From assembly GCA_036493595.1 (NCBI GenBank), contig DASXPN010000008.1, positions 76,041-140,040 on the forward strand: DNA of 64,000 nucleotides. Reading direction: 5' to 3'. Source of the DNA: Acidimicrobiales bacterium. GTDB lineage: Bacteria; Actinomycetota; Acidimicrobiia; Acidimicrobiales; JACDCH01. Made by a program: the position numbers and the translations under genes. The notes beneath the pieces were generated by a model. The model was given only the letters and a program-made list of their open reading frames with translations. It searched no databases and was not told the DNA's origin. Positions 1 through 8,211 of this stretch are shown piece by piece (position 1 is the first letter of the stretch; every line of letters begins with the position of its first letter).

Positions 1-1
1 C

Positions 2-745
2 GCGCTGTTGCGCACCCTCGACGACCAGCAGTGGCAGACGACGAGTCGCTGTACCGAATGGACCGTGCACGAAACCGTGCGCCACCTCGTCGACGTGCTG
101 CACCTCAGCACCGCGAAGTACCGCCACGAGCCCGCGGTGTTCGAGTTCGAGGTGCCGCTCGATCCCCGCACCGAACCGCGGCGGTGGCTCGAACGCTCTG
201 CGGGACAGTCGAGCAACGAGACGGTCGCCGCCTTCGAATCCGCGGCCGCGGCGGAACACGTTGCGTTCGCACGACTCGGGTCCGAAGGCGGCGACGAGCA
301 GTTGATGGGTGCGTACGGGCCGCTGCACTGGAGCGTCCTCGGTGCGCACGTGTTCTGGGACGGGTGGCTGCACGAGCGCGACATCGTCGTTCCACTCGGC
401 CTCCCCCACGAGTCGACCATCGCCGAGGATCGGCTCGCCGCGCTGTACGGGCTCGCGATTGCGTCACTCATGTCGACATTCATGGGGGTGCCGCTCGCCA
501 TGACGATCGAGTTGACCGGCGCGGCATGCGCGCTCTACGAGATCGATGCGAAGGATCCGTCCGCGACGATCGTGCGTGTCGCGACCGATGCCCGGGAGGC
601 CGACCTGCGCGCTGACCTACGCGCGGCAGTCGACTTCTTCGCGGGCCGGGGTGATCCGAGCGATCTCGAGACGATCGTCGACGGGCGAACCGACGTGGCC
701 GAGCCGCTGACACGGCTGCGCACCGTCATGGTGCCCGCCAGCTGA
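2..745 (+). CDS. DinB-superfamily protein, mycothiol-dependent maleylpyruvate isomerase family (TIGR03083-like); true N-terminus probably upstream of the window
   Basis: The frame is open from the window edge to the TGA at 743-745. The N-terminal segment TEWTVHETVRHLVDVLH resembles the His-containing first helix of MDMPI/DinB N-terminal domains. The next gene starts 2 nt after the stop. Confidence 0.5.
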   Translation, partial: ALLRTLDDQQWQTTSRCTEWTVHETVRHLVDVLHLSTAKYRHEPAVFEFEVPLDPRTEPRRWLERSAGQSSNETVAAFESAAAAEHVAFARLGSEGGDEQLMGAYGPLHWSVLGAHVFWDGWLHERDIVVPLGLPHESTIAEDRLAALYGLAIASLMSTFMGVPLAMTIELTGAACALYEIDAKDPSATIVRVATDAREADLRADLRAAVDFFAGRGDPSDLETIVDGRTDVAEPLTRLRTVMVPAS

Positions 746-747
746 GC

Positions 748-2094
748 GTGGCCGCATCCACACCCCGACAACCGCGTTCGGCGCGCACCCGCTTCCTCCT
801 CGGGATCACGGCGGTGGCGTTCATCGCGTTCGCCGGTCGCGCCGCGTACGTGATGCTCGAGACGCGCCATCAGCAGTTCCCCGGCTCACCCGACGCGTCG
901 GGCCCGCGCCGGTCGCTCGACGAAGCTTGGTACACGACCGCGGCGCGCAACCTCGCCGAGGGCAACGGCGTGAAGATCTCCTACGGCGGAGGCCCGGCCG
1001 TCGACGACGCGCAACATCCACCGTTCACCGCCATAGCTCTCGCACCGACCGCGTTCTTCTTCGACGGTGACACGCCCCTGCGCCTCACGGTCGCGCTGTT
1101 CGGCGGTGTCACCGTCTTCGTGATCGGCCTCGCCGCCGCCGAGGTCGCCGGCCATCGAGCCGGTGTCATCGCGGCAGTGATCGCCGCCGTGTATCCGAAC
1201 CTCTGGATGAACGACGGGCTCGTGATGTCCGAGACGTTCGCCGCGCTCCTCACGGCCTCCACCGTTCTCTTCGCCTACCGGTTCGCGCGACGCCGTTCGG
1301 CCTTCGACGCCATTGCCGCCGGCGTCGCGGCCGGGCTCGCGATGCTGACCCGCAGCGAGCTGGTGTTGTTCGTCCCGCTCCTCGTGGTGCCGGCCATCCT
1401 GCGCGCCGGCCTCGAGTGGAAGCGCGCGCTCCGAGTGGCGGCCGCGTCGGTGCTGGCGTCAGCGATCGTCGTGGCCCCCTGGATCATCTACAACCACACA
1501 CGGTTCACGAAGCCCGTGTATCTGTCGTATGCGGACGGCGACGTGCTCACCGGTGCCAACTGCGATCCGACGTACTACGGCCCGCTGATCGGCTTCGTCG
1601 ACAACTTCTGCACGATCCCGAATCCCACGGGCGACCTCTCCGTCGACGTGAGCGCCAAGCGCACCCAAGCGTTCGACTACATGCGTGGACATCTCAGCCG
1701 CCTTCCGATCGTGGTGGCGGCGCGGGTCGGGCGGGTGTGGGGCGCGTACCGGCCGGTGCAGATGGCACGCATCGCCGAATCGGAGGGGCGTCCCGAGTGG
1801 GCGTCGATGCTCGGTTGGCTCATGTCGTGGCCGCTCATCGCGCTCGCGATCGCGGGCTGCGTCTCGCTGCGCCGGCGCGGCGTGCAGCTGCTCCCGCTCC
1901 TCGCGCCTGCCATCGTCGCCACGCTGAACGCGGCGGCGTTCTTCGGCTTCGTGCGCCACCGCATCCCTGCCGAAGTGTCGATCGTGGTGCTGGCCGCGGT
2001 CGCCCTCGACGCGTGGATGCGAGCTCGTGCTCGAACGAGGCCCGGCTACCAGCCCCGATCGGCCAGCTTGACGTCGAGCTCGCCGATCTCCTGA
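748..2094 (+). CDS. polytopic membrane glycosyltransferase, GT39 / ArnT-PMT_2-like
   Basis: GTG start directly after the upstream stop. The 448-aa protein has many hydrophobic segments and an extracytoplasmic loop (DDAQHPPF) followed by a TM bundle, as in ArnT/PMT_2 lipid-linked sugar transferases. The 3' end overlaps convergent pdxS by 49 nt. Confidence 0.5.
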   Translation: MAASTPRQPRSARTRFLLGITAVAFIAFAGRAAYVMLETRHQQFPGSPDASGPRRSLDEAWYTTAARNLAEGNGVKISYGGGPAVDDAQHPPFTAIALAPTAFFFDGDTPLRLTVALFGGVTVFVIGLAAAEVAGHRAGVIAAVIAAVYPNLWMNDGLVMSETFAALLTASTVLFAYRFARRRSAFDAIAAGVAAGLAMLTRSELVLFVPLLVVPAILRAGLEWKRALRVAAASVLASAIVVAPWIIYNHTRFTKPVYLSYADGDVLTGANCDPTYYGPLIGFVDNFCTIPNPTGDLSVDVSAKRTQAFDYMRGHLSRLPIVVAARVGRVWGAYRPVQMARIAESEGRPEWASMLGWLMSWPLIALAIAGCVSLRRRGVQLLPLLAPAIVATLNAAAFFGFVRHRIPAEVSIVVLAAVALDAWMRARARTRPGYQPRSASLTSSSPIS

Positions 2095-2930
2095 CCCTTC
2101 ATCGGTTCCCCGAGGCCACGGCTGACCTTGGCGAGTATCTCCGGGTCGCGGAAGTGCGTCGTCGCCTCGACGATGGCCTTCGCCCGCGCCGGCGGATTGT
2201 CCGACTTGAAGATGCCGGATCCGACGAACACGGCCTGCGCACCGAGTTGCATCACCAGCGACGCGTCGGCCGGAGTGGCGATACCGCCGGCGCAGAACAG
2301 CGGCACGGGCAGCGTGCCGGTCTCCGCGATCTCCTGCACGAGACCGACGGGCGCTTGCAGTTGCTTGGCCCAGTTGTAGACCTCGGCCGAGTCGGCCTGC
2401 GTGATCTTGCGTAGGTCACCGAGGATCGAACGCAGATGGCGCACGGCTTCGACGATGTTGCCGGTGCCGGCCTCGCCCTTCGAACGGATCATCGCCGCAC
2501 CTTCGCTGATGCGCCGCAATGCCTCGCCGAGGTTGGTGGCTCCGCACACGAACGGCACCGTGAACCGCCACTTGTCGATGTGGTGCGCCTCGTCGGCCGG
2601 CGTCAACACCTCTGACTCGTCGACGTAGTCGACACCGAGGGCCTCGAGGATCTGTGCCTCGGCGAAGTGACCGATGCGCGCCTTGGCCATGACCGGGATG
2701 GTGGTCTGTGCCTTGATGCCTTCGATCATCTCCGGATCGCTCATGCGGGCCACGCCACCGTCACGACGGATGTCGGCCGGCACTCGCTCCAGCGCCATCA
2801 CCGCGGTCGCGCCGGCGTCCTCGGCGATCTTTGCTTGGTCGGGCGTGACGACGTCCATGATGACGCCGCCCTTCAACATCTCGGCGAGTCCTCGCTTGAC
2901 GCGGAACGTCCCGGTCTCGTGCGCACTCAT
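2046..2930 (-). CDS. pdxS: pyridoxal 5'-phosphate synthase lyase subunit PdxS
   Basis: 294 aa with hallmark PdxS/SNZ segments: [38 protein letters not shown], and a C-terminal ...ADRGW. Confidence 0.96.
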   Translation of the reverse strand: MSAHETGTFRVKRGLAEMLKGGVIMDVVTPDQAKIAEDAGATAVMALERVPADIRRDGGVARMSDPEMIEGIKAQTTIPVMAKARIGHFAEAQILEALGVDYVDESEVLTPADEAHHIDKWRFTVPFVCGATNLGEALRRISEGAAMIRSKGEAGTGNIVEAVRHLRSILGDLRKITQADSAEVYNWAKQLQAPVGLVQEIAETGTLPVPLFCAGGIATPADASLVMQLGAQAVFVGSGIFKSDNPPARAKAIVEATTHFRDPEILAKVSRGLGEPMKGQEIGELDVKLADRGW

Positions 2931-2948
2931 CGAACCAGAGTCTACGGG

Positions 2949-4040
2949 TCAGCCCGTGATGGTCCCGCCGCCAATTGGCACGAGCTCCACCCACGTCCGG
3001 CCCGGTGTCAGCTTCACGGGTGTCCCGGCCTTGTCGGTGTAGACAGGGGCGGCGTCGGGCGCCGACTTCGCCCAGTTGCCGTCGACCATCATCCCGTTGG
3101 TCAGGATCCAGCACGTCCCCGTCCCGACGAGATCGGCCTCGGGCACCGGCGCACCGCTCACGTCCACGAGACCGGTGTCGTGGTAGGAGACGAACTGCAC
3201 GATCACGTTCTGCGGCGTGATCTGCGCGCCCGACTCGTCGACGTGAGGGCTGCCCTTCTGGTCACGGGCGAATCCCGCGGCGCCCGCGTCCCACGTGTAG
3301 TCGATCGGCGCGGATCCCGCGCCGCCGCCGAACACGAGATGGACCGAACCGATCGGAGTCGCGCTCGGCGCGAGCGCGTCGCCCGCGGCGCGGTACGGGA
3401 ACAGCGGGCTCGGCGGCGCGGCGCCGGCCGGCGTGAGCGAGTACAGCCCAGCGGTCGACGAGTACAAGTTGTGCGGCGCGACATGACCGTTGTCGTTGCG
3501 GCGCTCGTACACCTCGCTGTGCGCGTCGTAGCCGACGTCGATGAGCGGCGAATTGTGGATGAGGTCGGTGAACACGGCGTTGGCGCCCGACCACGCGAAC
3601 AGCGGACGGTTCAGCGGGCTGAACACGGCGACGTCGGTGCTGCGCGCCGATCGCACCGGGCCGACGGGATCGGCGTCTGTCGACTGGAAGACCGCGGCCA
3701 GCCGGGTGACGCTGCCTTCGACCATCTCCTCGTACACCACGTCGGCTTGGTTGAGCCCGGCCTGCGGCCGCGCCTGGTTGGCGGCGTTGGACCCGTCGGC
3801 GTTGTCGATCTTCACCACCAGCGCAGGGCGCGCGAGGTTGGTGGGATCGGTCGCCGGCAGCCCCGTGAGGGGGAACGCCGGGACGGGCGCGGTTGTCGTC
3901 GTGGCGACCGTGGTCGAGGTGGTCGTCGTGGTCGTGGTCGCCGCTTGCTTCTTCTTGCCGCCGCACGCCGCGGCGAGCAACAGCACGACCGCGGCAAGCG
4001 CGAGGAGACGGCGGCGGTTGGTGGACGAGACGGTCGTCAA
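2949..4040 (-). CDS. DUF3048 domain-containing lipoprotein
   Basis: I chose the TTG at 4038-4040 as the start because it overlaps the htpX stop (TTGA). The signal peptide has a lipobox (LLLAAAC) followed by a Thr-rich linker. The conserved DUF3048-like core is PALVVKIDN ... GLNQADVVYEEMVEGSVTRL. The 490-aa ORF-track model is an unsupported extension running through htpX. Confidence 0.7.
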   Translation of the reverse strand: MTTVSSTNRRRLLALAAVVLLLAAACGGKKKQAATTTTTTTSTTVATTTTAPVPAFPLTGLPATDPTNLARPALVVKIDNADGSNAANQARPQAGLNQADVVYEEMVEGSVTRLAAVFQSTDADPVGPVRSARSTDVAVFSPLNRPLFAWSGANAVFTDLIHNSPLIDVGYDAHSEVYERRNDNGHVAPHNLYSSTAGLYSLTPAGAAPPSPLFPYRAAGDALAPSATPIGSVHLVFGGGAGSAPIDYTWDAGAAGFARDQKGSPHVDESGAQITPQNVIVQFVSYHDTGLVDVSGAPVPEADLVGTGTCWILTNGMMVDGNWAKSAPDAAPVYTDKAGTPVKLTPGRTWVELVPIGGGTITG

Positions 4041-4888
4041 AGCTCTCTCAGCGCCGCAATGCGGTCGTCGAGGGGCGGGTGGGTGTCGAACAGTCGGTTG
4101 AGGCGAGACAGCCGGCCCTCTTCGCGTTGCGTCGGCATCGGTTGTTCGATCCAGAGATGGGCGGTGGCGCGTGAGTGCGCGTGCACCACCGTCTGGTCGT
4201 CGCGCAGCTTCTCGAGCGCAGAGATCAACCCCGGCGGGTAGCGGGTGAGCTCGACACCGGACATGTCGGCCAGCGACTCGCGCCGGCGGCTCACGGCGAA
4301 CTGCATCAGTTGCGCGATCAAGGGGGCGAGTATGAGGAGGGCGAAGCCGAACAGGGCGAGGATCGCTTGGGGACCACCGCCGTTGTTGTTGTCGTTGCGG
4401 TTGCGCCCGCCGCCCCACCACAGCATGCGGATGCCGAGATCGGCAGCGAGCGCGATGAATCCGACCATCGTGACCGCCAGCGTGGAGACGAGGATGTCGT
4501 AGTTCTTGATGTGACTGAGCTCATGCGCGACCACCCCTTCGAGCTCGATGCGATTCATCTTGTCGAGCAATCCCGTCGTGACCGCGATCGCCGCGTGTTT
4601 GGGATCACGCCCCGTGGCGAACGCGTTCGGCGCGACGTCGTCGATGATGTACACGCGGGGCTTGGGCAAGCCGGCCGCGATGCAGAGTCCTTCGACGATG
4701 TTGTGCAACCGCGCGTACTCGACGGGATCGGCGGGACGCGCCCGGCTCATCGCGAGCGCGACCGAGTCCGACTTCCAGTAGGCGACGAACGACGTGCCGA
4801 TGGCGACGACGAGCGCGATGACGACACCGATGATGCCGAACTGCAGCAACGCGCTGAGGACGGCCGCGACGAGGATGGCGAGCAGCAC
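4037..4888 (-). CDS. htpX: zinc metalloprotease HtpX (peptidase M48)
   Basis: HELSHIKNYD (HExxH) motif, multiple TM segments, and a C-terminal FDTHPPLDDRI typical of HtpX. The coordinates use the first canonical start (GTG 4886-4888). The conserved N-terminal helix continues upstream (see findings), so the true start may be CTG 4943-4945. Confidence 0.85.
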   Translation of the reverse strand: MLLAILVAAVLSALLQFGIIGVVIALVVAIGTSFVAYWKSDSVALAMSRARPADPVEYARLHNIVEGLCIAAGLPKPRVYIIDDVAPNAFATGRDPKHAAIAVTTGLLDKMNRIELEGVVAHELSHIKNYDILVSTLAVTMVGFIALAADLGIRMLWWGGGRNRNDNNNGGGPQAILALFGFALLILAPLIAQLMQFAVSRRRESLADMSGVELTRYPPGLISALEKLRDDQTVVHAHSRATAHLWIEQPMPTQREEGRLSRLNRLFDTHPPLDDRIAALREL

Positions 4889-4975
4889 GAAGGCTGCAAT
4901 CAGCAGCGCGGACCGTCGTTTGTTGGAGGTGACCTGGTCGTACAGGGTTGGGGGTTCCGGATTCTCGAAGAGGGG

Positions 4976-5572
4976 TTACTGCTGCGGCGCTTGACCGGTG
5001 GCGCCAGTGGCGGGAGGCGTGTCGAACGAGACCTGCACGGGCTCACGGGCCTGCTCGTCGATCTCGAAGTATTCGCGCGGCGTGAAGTTCATCGCGCCGG
5101 CGACGACGACCGCGGGGAAGGTCTGGATCTTGGTGTTGTACTTCTGAACGGTGTCGTTATAGAACTGCCGCGCATAGGCGATACGGCTCTCGGTGCTGGT
5201 CAACTCCTCTTGCAACTCTGAGAAGTTCTGGTTCGCCTTCAGGTCGGGATAGGCCTCGGACAGCGCGAACAACGACTTCAGTGCGCCGCTGATCATGTTC
5301 TCCGCTTGCGCCTGCTGCGCGGGACCCTGCGCGTTCACCGCCATGTTGCGGGCCTGGATGACGGCTTCGAGCGTGGTCTTCTCGTGGGACGCATAGCCCT
5401 TCACCGTCTCCACGAGGTTCGGGATCAGGTCATAGCGCCGCTTCAGCTGCACGTCGATCTGCGACCAGGCGTTGTCGACCCGGTTGCGCAGCTTCACCAC
5501 GCCGTTGAAGGTGAAGATGACGAACAAGACGACGATGACGACCAAGACCAACACAATGATGAGTGCGATCAC
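4976..5572 (-). CDS. lemA: LemA family protein
   Basis: N-terminal TM anchor followed by NRVDNAWSQIDVQLKRRYDLIPNLVETVKGYASHE, the canonical LemA core. GTG start. Confidence 0.9.
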   Translation of the reverse strand: MIALIIVLVLVVIVVLFVIFTFNGVVKLRNRVDNAWSQIDVQLKRRYDLIPNLVETVKGYASHEKTTLEAVIQARNMAVNAQGPAQQAQAENMISGALKSLFALSEAYPDLKANQNFSELQEELTSTESRIAYARQFYNDTVQKYNTKIQTFPAVVVAGAMNFTPREYFEIDEQAREPVQVSFDTPPATGATGQAPQQ

Positions 5573-5606
5573 GCCGTCATCGTAACGACCTCACCACACC
5601 AGGTCC

Positions 5607-5708
5607 GCCCCCCCGCTCGCGCCCCCACCTCGCGCCCCCCATCTCGCGCCCCACCTCGCGCCCCCCACCTCGCGCCCCCCACCTCGCAGCCCGCGCCCCC
5701 CGCTCGCC
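5607..5708. repeat. tandem repeat, about 7.5 copies of a 12-14 nt unit (GCCCCCCACCTCGC on the plus strand)
   Basis: Read directly from the sequence. The successive units are gcccccccgctcgc, gcccccacctcgc, gccccccatctcgc, gccccacctcgc, gccccccacctcgc, gccccccacctcgc, agcccgc, gccccccgctcgcc. They lie in the lemA upstream region. Confidence 0.9.
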
Positions 5709-5746
5709 GCCGTCGCCCTCCCCGTCCGCGGCCCGTCGCCCTCGTT

Positions 5747-5771
5747 GCCGCACATTGTCGACTCACCCACC
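5747..5771. repeat. copy of a dispersed 25-nt motif (GCCGCACATTGTCGACTCACCCACC)
   Basis: Exact reverse complement of 54669-54693 and near-identical to the reverse complement of 38499-38523 and 54711-54736. A degenerate inverted copy lies at 6003-6024. Confidence 0.85.
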
Positions 5772-5818
5772 GGAACGCGTGGCTCAGCCGACACACAATC
5801 GGGACGTCCTCGATCCGT

Positions 5819-5867
5819 GTCGACTCAACCACGCCGCGCGTGGCTTGGCCGACCCAGAACCGCGTGG
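5819..5867. repeat. copy of a dispersed motif of about 45 nt (GTCGACTCAACCACGCCGCGCGTGGCTTGGCCGACCCAGAAC...)
   Basis: About 37 of the first 42 positions are identical to 38534-38575 by hand alignment. The motif contains a small hairpin (CCACGC/GCGTGG). A partial extra copy lies at 5775-5797. Confidence 0.8.
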
Positions 5868-5895
5868 GGCAAGGGCGACCACTGTGCGCCTGGGC

Positions 5896-5936
5896 GGAAA
5901 AACGACAGGAGGGGCCTGCTGGAGTAGGCCCCTCCT
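5896..5936 (-). terminator. rho-independent terminator-like hairpin downstream of the pgsA-acyltransferase-pimA operon
   Basis: Perfect 10-bp GC-rich stem (AGGAGGGGCC at 5907-5916, GGCCCCTCCT at 5927-5936) with a 10-nt loop. On the minus strand it is followed by GTCGTTTTTCC. It lies about 150 nt downstream of the pimA-like stop. Confidence 0.6.
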
Positions 5937-6083
5937 CGTCGTGTTGCCCCCGTTGCTGCGAATGGTGCGGTGTCGAAGTGTTGTGTTGTTGTGGTCGCAC
6001 TGGGTGGTGGTTGCACAATGCGGCAAAAGCGGGCTTTCGCCTATGGCCCAAGTGGGCGATTTTTCCCCGTCGAATCGGACTAG

Positions 6084-7148
6084 TCAGAGCCGCTCGTACA
6101 GCTCGAGGTACCGATCGGCGAGGTTGTCCATGGAGAACTCCTCGGCCCGCTGCTGTGCCGACGTGACCAGGGAGTCCGCGCACGACCGGTCGCGGATCAC
6201 TTCGCACAACGCCGCGGAGAGTGCACGGACGTCACCGGGAGGGACGAGGATGGCGTCGGCCCCCGACCGGGCCACGTTGCGGTAGCCGTCGAGATCGCTC
6301 GCCACCACCGGCGTCTGGGCTGCCATCGCCTCGAGCAACACCACGCCGAAGGACTCGCCCCGCAACGACGGCGCGCAGAAGACGTCCGCGCCCCGCATGC
6401 GCGAGGCCTTCTCCTCCTCGCCGATGCGGCCGAGCCACTCGATGCGAGGGTCGCCAGCGTTGGCGGCCTGCAGCGTGGCCGTGTCCGGGCCGTCGCCCGC
6501 GATCCAGACCCGGATGTCGGCCGGCAGGTGCTGCAACGCGGCGAGGAGGACGTCGACCCCTTTGCGGGGCTCGTGGCGTCCGACGAAGAACACGGTCGGA
6601 CGATCGGTCGGCCACGGAGCGGCCTTGGCGAATCGATCGATCTCGATGCCGTTGAAGAGCAAGGTGTACTCGCCGCCGAGTGCGCTGTGCGCCATCTCCT
6701 GCGCGGCTTCGGACACCGCACACCGATGATCGAGGCGGCCGGCCAACCATCGCAGCGCGGGCGTGAGATAGCGGTACGCGGCACTCTCCCCGGCGGCGTG
6801 GAACGTGCCGATCATGGGGGCGTTGCGGAACAGGATCGACGTCATCGTCGGCCCGGGCACGAGCGGCTCGTGCAGGTGCACGACGTCGAACGCTTCGTCA
6901 CGCAAGGCGCGGATCGTGCGGAGCTGACATGAAGGGTCGGGCGCGATCGGTGCCACCGACCCGTTTGCCGCCGTCGGGATCGACCGGCCGAGCGGTGTCA
7001 CACCGGCATCGGGTGGTGGCGCGTCGCACGGACCGAGGACGCGGGCGTCATGGCCGGCGTGCCGCAACGAGCGGGCCAGCCCGAGCACTTGCGCCTGTAC
7101 GCCTCCCGGAGTGGTGAGGCTGTAGGGGCAGACGAGCCCGACCCTCAC
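6084..7148 (-). CDS. pimA: GT4-family glycosyltransferase, phosphatidylinositol alpha-mannosyltransferase PimA-like
   Basis: Starts VRVGLVCPYS at GTG 7146-7148. The C-terminal half has the GT-B motif FVGRHEPRKG ... SLRGESFGVVLLEAMA. It sits directly downstream of pgsA and a PIM-type acyltransferase, as in the mycobacterial Rv2612c-Rv2610c operon. The 496-aa ORF-track extension is rejected. Confidence 0.8.
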   Translation of the reverse strand: MRVGLVCPYSLTTPGGVQAQVLGLARSLRHAGHDARVLGPCDAPPPDAGVTPLGRSIPTAANGSVAPIAPDPSCQLRTIRALRDEAFDVVHLHEPLVPGPTMTSILFRNAPMIGTFHAAGESAAYRYLTPALRWLAGRLDHRCAVSEAAQEMAHSALGGEYTLLFNGIEIDRFAKAAPWPTDRPTVFFVGRHEPRKGVDVLLAALQHLPADIRVWIAGDGPDTATLQAANAGDPRIEWLGRIGEEEKASRMRGADVFCAPSLRGESFGVVLLEAMAAQTPVVASDLDGYRNVARSGADAILVPPGDVRALSAALCEVIRDRSCADSLVTSAQQRAEEFSMDNLADRYLELYERL

Positions 7149-7191
7149 GACCTCAACCGTACTTCCCGCACGCGACCGGGCCGAAGTGCGC

Positions 7192-8211
7192 TCAGCGCAC
7201 GCCACCCGATGCGCGGCTCCAGCCCGGGTCACTCGGCCAGTTCGGTTGCAGCAGATGCCACTGCTCGGGCGCGGCCCGGACCAGCGCCTCGAGCTCGCGG
7301 GCGATCGTCTGGGTGACGCGCGTGACGTCGTCGCGCAATCGGCCTTCACGCACGGCCGGAATGGGAGGGCGCACGACGCCGAGATGATCGTGGCGCCGGA
7401 AGTACACCGCCACCGGCAGCAGTGGCGCACCGGTCCGCAGCGCGAGGGTGGCCGGTCCCCCGGGCAGGAAGGTCCGCTCTCCGAAGAACTCGACCTCGAC
7501 CCCACCGTCGCCGCCGATGTAGCGATCGCACAGGAGGCACACCACGTGATTGGCGCGCAGCGCCCGCACCACATCGGTGCCGGCGTCGGGCCCGAGCGGG
7601 ATCACGTGCATCCCGAAGGCTCGGCGCAGGTCGGCGAACCACTCGAATACCTCGGGCGGCTCGAGCGTCTCGACGACGACGCTCACCGGCCGACGCTGCA
7701 CCTCGGCCAGCCAGAACCCCGCCCACTCCCATCCACCGAGATGGGGGATGGCGAGGAGGACCCCCTTGCCGGCCGCGAGTCCCTCCTCGAGGTGGTTGTA
7801 GCCGCGGTACGACATGCCGGCGTCGAGCACCTCGGGGCTCGTACCCGGGAGTCGCAGCGATTCGGCCCAGTACCGCGCGTACGACTCGAACGTGGCGGCG
7901 ACCGCGCGGCGCAGGGCGACACCGCGGAAGTTCGGACCGTGGACTCGCCGCAGGTTGCGCTCCACCTGCCCGCGGCGTTGCGTCGCGATCTGCGAGATCC
8001 CGAACCCTGCAAGACGGGCGGACACCTCGGCCGCGGGTTGCGGGACGACACGCGCCACCGCAGAGCCGAGCTTGAACGCCGTGAGCGTGGGATCGGTCAA
8101 CGAGTTGCGTGCGGTCGCCGGTGTCGCATCCGGGTGGCGCAGGTCAGTGCGCTCGGCGTCGAGCCTCACGCGCGGCCGCCCACCGCTCTCGGCGCCCGCG
8201 GCTGCGCTCAC
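7192..8211 (-). CDS. lipid A biosynthesis (LpxL/HtrB)-type acyltransferase, phosphatidylinositol mannoside acyltransferase-like
   Basis: HLGGWEW (HX4-type acyltransferase motif region) and a [25 protein letters not shown] segment. The operon position matches Rv2611c. The start is uncertain: the 8211 model overlaps pgsA by 68 nt, and in-frame alternatives are GTG 8169 and TTG 8100. Confidence 0.7.
   Translation of the reverse strand: MSAAAGAESGGRPRVRLDAERTDLRHPDATPATARNSLTDPTLTAFKLGSAVARVVPQPAAEVSARLAGFGISQIATQRRGQVERNLRRVHGPNFRGVALRRAVAATFESYARYWAESLRLPGTSPEVLDAGMSYRGYNHLEEGLAAGKGVLLAIPHLGGWEWAGFWLAEVQRRPVSVVVETLEPPEVFEWFADLRRAFGMHVIPLGPDAGTDVVRALRANHVVCLLCDRYIGGDGGVEVEFFGERTFLPGGPATLALRTGAPLLPVAVYFRRHDHLGVVRPPIPAVREGRLRDDVTRVTQTIARELEALVRAAPEQWHLLQPNWPSDPGWSRASGGVR

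Noticed and set aside
2667-5221. Plus-strand ORFs of 524 and 348 aa (2667-4241 and 4175-5221)
   Set aside because: They are antisense to pdxS, the DUF3048 gene, htpX and lemA. Their translations are Arg/Gly/Asp-rich repeats.
5607-5708. Possible CRISPR array
   Set aside because: The units are only 12-14 nt and directly abut one another with no unique spacers. No cas genes are nearby. It is a simple tandem repeat.
5747-6024. MITE bounded by the inverted 25-nt motif copies
   Set aside because: The right-hand copy is degenerate and I saw no target-site duplication (flanks CGTT versus AAAA). At the 38.5-kb locus the 45-nt motif lies outside any comparable inverted pair. I keep this only as a hypothesis inside a finding.
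5940-6083. GT-rich segment downstream of pimA as a possible tRNA or small RNA gene
   Set aside because: There is no cloverleaf-compatible arm structure and no GTTCGAATC-type T-loop. There is only a weak 5-bp hairpin and a short T-run.
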